From Peribolospora baueri (taxonomy: Eukaryota): a DNA stretch of 20,000 nt. This document shows, one piece after another, positions 1 to 10,522 of the stretch (position 1 is its first letter; each line of letters starts with the position of its first letter). The stretch covers positions 107,792 to 127,791 of the forward strand of contig JAMDHS010000062.1 in assembly GCA_029717555.1 (NCBI GenBank), written 5' to 3'. Made by a program: the position numbers and the translations under genes. The notes below the pieces were generated by a model, which searched no databases, was not told where the DNA came from, and was given only the letters and a program-made list of their open reading frames with translations.

Positions 1-111
1 TGAAAGGCGGAAGGAGGGCGGCGGAACTACTCGTAAAACTAGTTTACAGGCATGGCTGATCTGACGTGCAACGTTGACGAACAAACGGAGCGCCAAAGGC
101 ATTTCGCTCAC

Positions 112-286
112 CTTCTTCGCTGCTGGCATCGTAAATCTTGATGTCAAAGTCAGTTCCCTTCCCCATCTTGTTAGAAAGGATGATCTCTTTCTTGAGATCC
201 CACACAGAGATACCGGTGCCATCGAACCTGATGCGCGTGGGCTCCTTCTGTGAGCTGAAGCGATAATAAACTGATGATTGAGCCAT
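112..286 (-). CDS. MPE1: Exon 1 of MPE1/RBBP6-like cleavage and polyadenylation factor (DWNN ubiquitin-like domain); the gene continues beyond the left edge
   Basis: ATG at 286 gives MAQSSVYYRFSSQKEPTRIRFDGTGISVWDLKKEIILSNKMGKGTDFDIKIYDASSEE, a typical fungal Mpe1 DWNN N-terminus. A GTGAG donor starts at 111 on the - strand. Confidence 0.9.
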
Positions 287-496
287 GATGTGAAGAGAGC
301 GACTAGACCGACCGTGCGACGGGATGGTATTGTGAGTGGCACGACGGGATGGTGGTCGACATCCAAGCGGGTCAGAGCAGAGGAGGACAGGTGAGACGGC
401 GATTGTGCTGCGGCAGCCGCAGGAGTTCCACCTCCTGGCGCTCGACCATGGATCACTTTCCGGGACGAATGCTTCTACCGCCACTCGCCGCTGACG
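287..496. promoter_or_regulatory. Very short (210 bp) divergent intergenic region, a probable bidirectional promoter for MPE1 and RAD14
   Basis: Lies between the MPE1 ATG (286, -) and the inferred RAD14 ATG (497 or 500, +). Confidence 0.6.
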
Positions 497-2159
497 ATGA
501 TGGAAAACGATGGCCAACGAGGAACGCCTGCGACGTCACCACGGCTGAGCACGCCGCCGCCGCAACGGTGAGACAAGTCGAGTGGTGGCGAAGAGACGTT
601 GGCGAAGCAAGCTCATGTTGGTACGCTTCCGGACACCGCCCCGCCTCGCTACGTATTAGCCATCCTCGCGAATTGCCGCTCACTCCAGAGCAGGTTAGGG
701 TCATGGAGGAGAATCGGTTAAAGGGTAGGTATTCAGCGTGAAGTCTGGTCACCGGGCAGGGGCTTAGGGACTGCCTGTCTACCGTTTGTCTTCCGTCGCT
801 GCAAAGCCAAAGCTCGCATTCAACATCGAGCGGCCGCGAGCTCGGCCTTCTTTTCGACGAACGTCTTGAACGGCCAAGGCAAGCGACCACTACGAGTAGA
901 GAGCGCGGAGACCCCATCACCGACAGCTCCCAATGAGCGTCATGTCTCTCACCCTTCCACGGTCCGCGACGCCACCTCGCCTCCGAACCCCCGCATGAGC
1001 GCTTCCGTCGGCGGCGGGCGCTTAGTGAAAACGATAGAAGACCCGAACGCTCCATTGCCTCGTGCTAAAGGTCTAGGTAACTACATCGAGTTTGACCTGA
1101 GCAAGTTGCACAACTCCAAGGGCGGCTTCCTGATTGATGAGAACGAAGGGAGGGGGAAGGACGTGGACGAGATCAGAAAGGAGAGGGAAAGGGAGCAGCA
1201 GAGGATCAGGGAGTCGCATGAACCTTGTGAGTGGTCGAGGTCGGAAGTGACACTATAACTATAACGAGACGATGTCCCGTCTCACGCTTTCCGCTCACCT
1301 CTTCCGCCACACAGCCATCACCCTAGACCGGGATCGAAACCCTTTGTGTGAGCACTGCAAGTCTCCGGAGATCGACTTCCAGTTCCACAAGGTGTTCGGC
1401 GTGCGCGTGTGTGCCAAGTGCAGGCATCAGTTCCCCGAGGAATATAGTTTGCTTACCAAGACGGAGTGTAAGGAGGTGAGCGTTTTTGATGAAGTCAAAA
1501 AGCAATTTCCATCGGTTGTGATGAGCCGATGCTGAAGAAACACGACTTGTCCGCTTCTGTCCACCTTTCTGCCAGGACTACTTGTTGACTGATGGTATGT
1601 CAAGAACGAAACCACTGTCATCCATCGGCTCCGGCTTTCCTCTGACCTGTGGGAACTGAAATTGAAATGTTCCCTCCTCCAGCCGAGCTGCGAGACGAAG
1701 AGCTCCTCCCGCACCTTTTGAAGGCGAACCCACACAAGGCGACATGGAACAACATGATGCTTTTCCTTCGCAAACAGGTCGAAGCGTATGCCTTCTCCTC
1801 CGCGAAGTGGGGTTCGGAGGAAGGCTTGGATGCAGAGTTTGCGCGTCGGCAAGAGGAGCAGAAGCGTAAGAGAGGGAAGAAGTTCCAGGATGGCCTGAGG
1901 GAGCTGAGGAGGAGGACGAGGGACAGTGCTTGGCAGCAGAGGAAGGACGCGGAGCATCATCACACGTTCGGGGATGCCGTGTATGTGGGAGAGGACGGCG
2001 TTAGCAGACAGAAGTGTTTGGGTGAGGGGTGCGAGTTTGAGGTTGAGGTGGTGAGTTATTGCTGTCCCTCTTAGTACATTCTCCACGTATGATGACGCAG
2101 CGCAACTGACGCTCGCTGCCTTTCGCATCCCGGCCTCCGTCGATCAGGAAACGTTTTGA
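497..2159 (+). CDS. RAD14: DNA damage recognition protein Rad14/XPA (nucleotide excision repair), 7 exons
   Basis: Exons 497-567, 660-724, 807-1226, 1315-1475, 1576-1594, 1683-2050, 2148-2159 splice in frame: M(M)[55 protein letters not shown]..zinc finger [77 protein letters not shown]. Confidence 0.95.
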
Positions 2160-2776
2160 GACCTTCTTGCTTGTTCTCCGCAAACAAACCTGTATTTTAT
2201 TTGTATTCCTAGCGAGGTGTTTTCAACCCCTTCTGACCGTGCAAATGATATGCTTCTACTTTGTCCTTTAGGACCTGCCTCGAATCTTAAGACGGTCAGT
2301 GCGACGTAACTGGCAATCCTGCTGGGATGGAAGCTGAACCCACGAGTAACAACACTCCCTGCTGTAGACTCGATGGTGGCTCGACGCTCGCCTCAGTTTT
2401 GGAAAGGGTTGATCTGTTCAGCCGTGCTTACCGCCATCCTGCGATACCGCAACAGTAGTTGAAACTGTTGGAAGAAACAGCCGGTCAGAAATACACCTGC
2501 GCACAGCAAACCCTAGGTGATCTCCTTTATTCTTGACACCGTCGGCCAGACTTCCGATGCGACACTTGTATAAAGCAACACTCATCCTTTGTTCGCCATC
2601 TGTCCCATCTAGACCATATATTACGGTGCGTGCATACACATCCAGGCCGCATCCGGACATGTGCGGAGCATAAATTAAGTGCAATGCGAGCCTACCATGT
2701 CGCCTTCCCATCCATCCGTCCGATCATTCGTCGACGCGGGATATACCAAGGTGGACAAGTCTCTTTCTCCGCCTGC

Positions 2777-3118
2777 TTATGCTGACCCATCCTGCTCAGC
2801 CTCCCCACCCGTCCGCCTCTCCCATCCCTTCTTCTCAGGAGTGCCCCAAAGTTTCTCTAAAACGCTCTGAAACCCGGCTCTGCCGATCCTGGCGTTGTCT
2901 CCAAACCGCGTCAGGCTCCACTCTTCCAACTTTCGCCCTGCTCCTTTGAGGATACCACCCACGGAGGACGCAATCTCTGCCGTTTGGTGGAACGTCGTCG
3001 TCATTGATGGCGGTAGCGTGTGTATTGATGATGTGGTGGAGGTGGAGGCTTTGACGGACGGGGTGGAAGAGAACGGAGATGCTGCTGATGAGGATGCTGC
3101 TGACGAGGATGATGATAT

Positions 3119-3211
<93 letters not shown>

Positions 3212-4011
3212 CGACAAGGTGGAGGAGGAAGACGAAGGGGTCCGAGCGAGCGGCGGGAAGGCCGCGGTGGCGCCAGCACCAGTTGTTGCGTCCGACCAAT
3301 GAAGAGGGGCGGAGTCGGGAACAGAGGACGGCTTGTAGATGATATGTTCTTTGACGAGAAGGTATTGGGACAGGGAAAGGTTTGTCGACGCCATCTCGAT
3401 CATTGGCCTGTGTGGGTCTACGAGAGAGACTTCGCGGACGTAGGTCTCGTTCTGTTGGCCCAAGAGCTGCATTGGGGGGACAGAAGAAAAGTGGTAACAG
3501 GAGGCGAGCCAAAAAGAGGAGGCATTGAGAAGGGGCATTCTCGTCTTTCCAACACTACCCCGCCGTCTTTGTCATCCAAACTAGATCAGAATTTTCCCTT
3601 CAGGCCGCGCTCACCTTAACAGCCCATCTCGGCGCGCTTTGCCTGACGCCTAACAACCTCTCCGTCCTAATTAGTCCCGTCTTGGGGTCCAAGGAACGGT
3701 CGAGAACGTCAACGGAGACGACGTGCTTAGAGTGATCATTCGGGTATTTGTGCCAGACGGCTGTTTGGAAAATGCGTTGTGGGCGAGGGACAAGAAGCCA
3801 GGACGAGAGTGAGCCAATCAATGCAGCGCATTCCGTATAGAAACAGCGCATGCAAGAGCTAGAGCTAGCATACTGGCAGAACTCTCAGCGGGGCCGTTCC
3901 TAGCACGGGCACACTCTGCTCTGTGTCTCCAGGTCGACCTTTGCACCACTTACCGATGGCGGCCTGTTCGAAGGGGAAGTTAAAGGTGGTTTTGGAGGTG
4001 AAGATGAGCAT
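2777..4011 (-). CDS. UPS2: PRELI/MSF1-domain mitochondrial intermembrane-space lipid transfer protein (Ups2/PRELID3-like) with a Ser-rich insertion, 3 exons
   Basis: Exons 4011-3954, 3760-3615, 3466-2777: MLIFTSKTTFNFPFEQAAIAVWHKYPNDHSKHVVSVDVLDRSLDPKTGLIRTERLLGVRQSAPRWAVKLLG..TYVREVSLVDP..STNLSLSQYLLVKEHIIY..FHQTAEI..KLEEWSLTRFGDNARIGRAGFQSVL. The W.KYPN..S.HV..VDVL motif favours the Ups2/MSF1 subtype. Confidence 0.88.
3120..3209. repeat. (GAT)30 perfect microsatellite, read as poly-Ser (TCA)n inside PRELI exon 3
   Basis: Directly visible; flanked by degenerate GAT/GAC/GCT triplets (about 3078-3215). Confidence 0.97.
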
Positions 4012-4267
4012 CTTCCTTATATGCCCTTCACAATGAGCTGCACGAAGAGGCACGGAGAACTATGAGCGTGAGGGAGTGGCGAGGGCGAGGAGGAAACGAT
4101 TGTGGCGAGGACGCACAGCCGGAGGGGTGAGCAGCCGAAATGAATAGGGGCGGGCGTCGATGGCGGAGGCGCCCTGAGGTAGCTGAACCGCACGCGCGAC
4201 AGTTGGACGGTCAGCGAAGGATATCGGATAGGAAGTGTGTAGGTTAAAGAGGTGCGCTCGAGCGGTT

Positions 4268-4299
4268 CGTCGCCGTCGCCGTCGTCGCCGCCGTCGCCG
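4268..4299. repeat. Short imperfect (CGT/CGC)n, GTCGCC-like repeat in the divergent UPS2/SDR intergenic region
   Basis: cgtcgccgtcgccgtcgtcgccgccgtcgccg. Confidence 0.75.
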
Positions 4300-4563
4300 T
4301 TGGAGCCTTTTTAGCAACCTTTTTCCTCAACGCCTGGCCCAAGCGAGGATTCAGGAACGGAGATGGGCGGACCTGCCCGGATCTGGGCGAAGGCGCCGGC
4401 CCGAGTCCGATCACGCTCTTAACCAACATTGTCCGCTCCGTTCACCACCACCCCACATCACAGCAGGCACTCGCTCCGCCTCGGCTCGGGAAAATCCTCC
4501 GTCCGCCTCATCCACTCATCCACTCATCCTGCCGTGCCGTGCCGGGCACGAGGAAACAGCGCC

Positions 4564-6069
4564 ATGGAAGACAGGAAGGTCGTCCTCATCACAGGTTGCA
4601 GCGAAGGCGGCATAGGCTATCATCTGGCCAAATGCTTTGCAGAGGACTCGGTTCCCCACCGCGTCTTTGCTTCCGCCCGCTCCCTCGACAAGATGCGCAC
4701 TCTGCCCCCGAACGTTGAGCGAGTGCGCCTTGACGTGACTGACGAGGAAAGCGTGCAGGAGGCCGTCAAGGAGGTGATCAGGGATGCGGGAAAAATCGGT
4801 GAGTCTGGGAGTACGGAGCGGAAAAGTTATGAGGTAGGAGAGACGTGACTCCCTCTGCTGGGTTCGAGCCCGCTGACAGCGTCTGTTGCTCTTCTTGGTG
4901 ACCTCTCCCAAAGACATCGTGAGCACTCCTGATAATCTTTCCACTATTCTGGCTGCGTTCCATATGTACTTTGCTCATGTATTGTTCCATGGCTTTGCTT
5001 TAGCTGATCAACAATGCCGGCGCCAACACAGCGCTCGGACCTACCGTAGAGGTGCCGCTACACCAAATCAAGCGCACTTTTGAGGTCAACGTGCGTACGA
5101 AGCCTGACATTGCGAGTCTTCTTCTGAGTAGTAATAGGTTCTAAAGCTTATCAACGTTCCTTTATCCATCTCCCTCAGGTCTTCGGCCTCATCCGCGTGA
5201 CCCAAGCCGTCGCTGCGCACATGATCCCTCGCCGAGCGGGGACGATCGTGAACGTAGGCTCCACTGCAGGATTACACGGCCTTCCATTTTCCGGGCCCTA
5301 CTCAGCGTCCAAATCGGCTGTTCACGTCTTCAGTGACTCTCTGAGGCTCGAGCTTTCCGGATTCGGTATCAACGTTGTCGTTGTAGCGCCTGGAAGAATC
5401 AGGAGCAATATTGGCGATACGGGGGAGGCTAACATTGTGTTCCCAGAGAGTGCGTGTGGATGAAGGGAAAGCGTTTGTTTCCTGGACCGAGGCAGTTCTT
5501 GATATACCTGTTGTTCTGAACCGGCGACGCCTTCTATTACTTTGTTTCCGCACACCTACTTCAGAGTCGTTCTACTCAGACGTCCAAGACCTCGTCCTCC
5601 GACGCGCTCAATTCAGTCAAGGCCCAGGATCCCAACCGACCAATGAGTTTGCAGCCTTAGTCAAAGCGGCTGTCGTCAAGAGTCAGCCTCGTGCCTATGT
5701 CATTGCGGGTCCCTCTGCCCTTCTCTCGCTTGTCGGTTATCACATCCCGGTGAGTCTTCGTGAATATAATCGCGTTTCTGTCTCAGAAACGAGAAGAGAA
5801 GTGGATCGGGTCGTAATATGATGCAGAGGAGAGTCTATTCGTCGTCATGTGTGGCCGACAAGTCATACATGCGCGTAGTCGTCGCCTCTTCAAGTCTATA
5901 TACCTGCCGTAGAGTTAACGATCACGTATTGACGGACGCGACCCGGTTTTTTCTCCCGCCCTGCGCTCTTTTTTTACGCACGTACGTCCCACTACAGTCT
6001 TGGATTAGGGACATCTTCGTCGGAAGGATGTTCAGCACCTGGCGCATTGGCAGGACACAGGGGCAGTAA
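4564..6069 (+). CDS. Short-chain dehydrogenase/reductase, AYR1-like (1-acyl-DHAP reductase type), 6 exons
   Basis: Exons 4564-4798, 4914-4918, 5004-5090, 5179-5449, 5565-5749, 5998-6069. Motifs: VLITGCSEGGIG (Rossmann, typical of Ayr1-like proteins), LDVTD, GKIDILINNAG, FEVNVFG, NVGS, YSASK (catalytic YxxxK), LRLEL..FGINVVVVAPG.I.SNI. Confidence 0.9.
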
Positions 6070-6476
6070 TGGTCTACCTACAATCTGAGGGGCTCTTCCG
6101 GATTAACGTGTAGATCGCTGGATCCGAAGTTCTCACTCCTTTCGTCCTATGGATAGGTTCGCCTCGTTTTTTTTTTTATTATTTTTTTCCTTCGTCTTTC
6201 TTTGGACGTTTTGATGGTCTGTCCACTATCGGTCTTTTCACCTTCTTTGGCCTCGGACTTAAGCCCCCTCCGAACCTGTTTGTACGTCAGGTGTGCCGAT
6301 CCCTGCGAACGTCTCCGTTGCGTGACCCACGGGCATGATGGACGAGACGCACTGGCTGGCTGAAGGTGGCTCGAGCGGCGCCAGAACGGCCCACGTGATT
6401 CAGCTTCGAAAAATTGCTACCCACGGCCACTTGATCGAAATCCATTCCCAACACCATAAACAGCGAATACTCGACT

Positions 6477-9400
6477 ATGTCCCCATCCGACCTTTCTTCC
6501 CGCACGTTTTCCGTTCTCCCCACCCCTTCCCATTCCGGCACGAACGCGGCGGTGGGAAGGACGAACCGTGTCCTCGTTCCTGTGGAAGTGCTCAAGGCTG
6601 CGAGGATAGCTGCTGGGGATTGTATCGTTTTGAGACCTGTGGGGGACGCTGGTGGAGAGAAGGTGAGTATACGCATGGAGGGTCGGCCTGACTGGGAGGT
6701 GACGATGTAAGAAGGAGCACATGTGAGAAGAGCAAGCGAGTAGGCGCGGCCCAGTTGCCGCCGTCGCTGTGCTGTGGGCGGACTATGTGTGCCTGGAAGG
6801 GACGAGGTTGAACGAAAGAAAGTCTTAGTTCCGGAGCGCCCTTTCATCCTTTGCACCGTCCGTCTCTCAATGTCCAGGCGAATGAAGAGACGGCTTTGGA
6901 TCTTGTTGCAGGTGTTGCCTGGCCATCGTTCGTAGCGGACCCTGAGAGTGAGTGTCCGCGTCTTTGTCGTTTCAACACTTCAAGGACCGAAAATGTTCAT
7001 CCCGTTCTACTTTACTCCTTCAACCGCTTAGGCATTCTCATTCCCAATATACTTCTCCATTCATCCACACTGTCGTACGGCGACCTCGTTCGCATCGAGC
7101 CCAAACCTGTGTTCCATGGTGTCTCAGATGAAATCGTTGTGGCAGTGTCCCCAGCGAGGCCTGGATCTTCTCAGGGGAAGCGGGAGCCCAAGGAGATTGA
7201 GACCGAGGAGAGAGAGTTGCTCGGGATCTACGTTAAGGAGGTGCTGCGTGAGTCGTTTGCCATTTGGACCACAGGTGGTTCGCTTCGATAAGAAATAGGT
7301 TGACGTTGCCGGTTTGATTGCGTGCAGTCGATCTCTGCTATGTGAGGGAGGGACAGTGTTTGCAGCTAAAGTTCCGCGGAGCGACGCTGCAATTACGACT
7401 CTCCGCCGTGTCGGCATCTTCGTCGAAGTCCAGTGCCCCAGATCCTGTACCTTCACAACAACACTGTTTCTTCTCCGTAGTCCGGTCCACGCGGATATCG
7501 CTGGCGAAATCTCCGAATCACGACATCTCCTCTTCTTTGTCAGATGCAACGACTAATTCACAACAAGGCGCGACAACCGAGGAAAAGAGCAGGCGGGCAG
7601 TTGAGGCGTATGGGCAAGTTGGCGGCCTGGACAAGCAGATAGAGGACCTTCGGAGCCTGGTTGAGATGCCTCTGATGCAGCCAGGAATCTTTACCCATCT
7701 CGGTGTGTGCGCATTTTCTTCCTCGAAAAGAAAACCAACAGCTGAAAAGCTCTACGATTTATATTTCAGGCCTCAAGCCCCCTAAAGGCGTACTCCTTTA
7801 CGGCCCTCCGGGAACGGGGAAAACTCTTCTAGCCCGCGCTGTAGCTGCCTCGACTGGCTCCTCAGTTCTCGTGATCAACGGACCCGAGCTCTCATCCGCC
7901 TACCACGGAGAGACGGAATCCAAGCTCCGACAAGCGTTCGCCGAAGCCAAACGCCGTAGTCCTTGCGTCATCGTCATGGATGAAATCGACGCTCTGGCTC
8001 CTAAGCGAGACGGAGGTGATGGTGGAGCGGGAGAGGTGGAGAGGAGAGTGGTAGCGACACTGTTGACTTGTATGGACGGAATGGAGAGTCAGGAAACGGA
8101 AGACGACGAGGATGCGGAGGGGTCAGACACGGGTCGCACGCCACCACGGGTAGTCATCGTGGCGGCTACAAACCGGCCTAACGCTATCGATCCGGCCCTT
8201 CGACGACCTGGCAGGCTGGATAGGGAGATCGAGATTGGCATTCCCGACGTCTCTGCTCGTTTATCCATACTCAATGTTCTGCTTGCCAAGATGCCTCACA
8301 CGCTCTCAGAGGATGACCTCGCTGCCGTCGCTAACAAGACACATGGGTACGTGGGGGCGGACCTGTCTGCGCTCGTACGGGAAGCAGGAATGCTCGCCAT
8401 CCGCCGTTCGCTCGAACAAGGGCCAGGAGGACTGGAAGCAAGTTTGGCTGCTTTATCTTTGGACGGCGAACCGTCCTCGATACCAGGCGGTGCGGTCGGA
8501 GCGAAAGCCATGCGCCTTCGGCCGGACGATCTCCTGAACGCCCTGCCCACCGTACGCCCCTCGGCAATGCGAGAGGTGTTCATCGAGTCACCCCAAGTCT
8601 ACTGGAAGGACATTGGAGGCCAGGGTGAGGTACATCAGCGCATCAAGGAAAGCATCGAGTGGCCCTTGCGACACCCCGAGACGTTTGCCAGGTTGGGCAT
8701 CACTCCGCCTCGCGGCGTACTGCTCTATGGCCCTCCTGGGTGTAGCAAGACGTTGACGGCGAAAGCGCTGGCTACAGAGAGTAGCCTGAATTTCATCGCC
8801 ATCAAGGGCCCGGAGGTGAGCTCACTCTGGGCCAGTCCAAAAGTGTGGGGGAACTGGTGGCGACGTATCTGGCTGACTCTTCGTTCTGTGTGGCTTTACA
8901 CTTCGCAGCTGTTCAATAAATACGTTGGCGAGTCGGAACGTGCCGTTAGGGAGGTGTTCCGAAAAGCCCGCGCCGCTGCGCCTTCCATCGTCTTTTTCGT
9001 AAGTGCGGCTGGCCTTACGAGCTTTAATTTCCCTGAAGCCTTTCGCCCTCATATCGGCTTTTAATCTCACCTACCTCGAGTGTTCGTATACTCGCCTCTC
9101 TTGCCCATCAGGACGAGATCGACGCTCTGACCATTGCTCGCGGTGGCGCCAACGGCGAAAGCGGAGGCTCTTCCGGCGACCGCGTCATCGCGAGCTTGCT
9201 CAACGAGATGGACGGCATAGAAGCTTTGAACAATGTCATCATCGTTGCAGCGACGAATCGTCCGGACGTGATTGTGAGTGGTGCGAGAGTGCTTGTGCCC
9301 ATCGTAGATGTCAATGGCTGACGATACATGCGATTTGCATGTCTATGACGGAACAGGACCCTGCTCTCCTCCGCCCAGGGCGGCTCGATCGGCTTCTATA

Positions 9401-9811
9401 CGTGGGCCCGCCGGACCTGGCGGCGCGCACAGAGATCCTCCGCATCCGCATGTCGAAGATGTCAGTTGCGGACGACGTGGATGTGGACGCTTTGGCGCAG
9501 ATGACCGAGGGATGCTCTGGTGCGGAGGTCGTGGGCATCTGCCAGGACGCGGGACTGCTGGCTATGAATGAAGATTTAGACGCACCGAACGTGAGTACGC
9601 GGGAGAGCGGACAGGCAAATGGTTGCTTGTGAAACTACATGATCCCCTGTGATGACGGTTCCTAATGCTGACGATACACCTGTCACGGCTCTTCTGTCGG
9701 AAACAGGTACGACAAGAGCACTTCGTCCAAGCGGCGCGGGCCATTCGGAGAAGGATCACTCCGGAGATGCTTCGCTCGTATGAGCGATGGAGAGACCAGA
9801 CGTCGGTGTAA
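6477..9811 (+). CDS. AFG2: AAA+ ATPase Afg2/Drg1 (SPATA5), 60S ribosome maturation; multi-exon
   Basis: N-domain exons start at 6477. D1 has [50 protein letters not shown]2 has [15 protein letters not shown] (Afg2-type Walker A)..[40 protein letters not shown]. Ends ..[18 protein letters not shown] (TAA 9809-9811). Confidence 0.93.
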
Positions 9812-10106
9812 ATTGTAGCATTGCGGGATGGGTGACTACTTAGAATGGATGCGGCGCTCGAGCTTGCGCAGGTGACGGACGAAATTGGTGCCGGTCTAGC
9901 GGCGTAGGAACGGAGGAGCCGGGTCATGGCAAAAATGATGGGTGTTCCAGAACACCCTTCCGGTTACGAGTTGAGAAACGGTGAGGCAGCGAGCGGGACC
10001 AGGCTCTCATTGAGTCAGCTTGGTTACCTTGGGCTGGGCCATGGGCTTCCCCAATGGGCTCACGTACGGAAGTCGTGTTTGGCGCTACGTAGATCTCCAC
10101 CGCGAA

Positions 10107-10216
10107 TTATCAGATCAGATATGGCTGATCCTTCCGACGCCATGCAGCTCGGACGCCATCGGAGCGCGGGCGAAGGCGGCGCAGCACGGGAACAGTAGGT
10201 GCATCCGTTATCAGAT
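10107..10216. promoter_or_regulatory. Iron-responsive GATA repressor (SreA/Fep1/Urbs1/Cir1-type) boxes, ATCWGATAW
   Basis: TTATCAGAT (= ATCTGATAA on -) at 10107-10115 and 10208-10216, plus an overlapping ATCAGATAT at 10114-10122. These lie 300-415 bp upstream of a siderophore transporter ATG. There is an extra GATAAG at 10445-10450. Confidence 0.8.
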
Positions 10217-10522
10217 TTCTTTCCTGTGCCCGCCAACCGCGAGTCGTGCCTCCCGCCTCGCTCCCCTCTCGTGCCTGAAGAGATCATCTGCTCTGGCCTC
10301 CCTCGACCACTTAATGTGCCCTACTCTCGTATCCTCTTCACCTCCCTCCCTCCTTCCGCCACCTTCCTTCCCCTCCCTTTGCTGTCCGTCGGAGTCGGGC
10401 TCACCTTCGTCGCGCACCTCGCCATCTACGCGGGCGTCCACGACGATAAGCTCACTCTATCCACTTCACGCACCTGACCTCCTCTCTCCCTCGCCGCGTA
10501 TTACTTTTATGCCCAGCAGAGC

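Noticed and set aside
2835..3512. Poly-Asp, poly-Met, poly-His and poly-Ile ORFs
   Set aside because: These are alternative-frame readings of the (GAT)30 microsatellite. Only the poly-Ser frame joins PRELI-domain sequence on both sides.
6392..6417. CACGTGA and an RRPE-like GAAAAATT upstream of AFG2
   Set aside because: Single short matches that cannot be distinguished from chance without comparative data.
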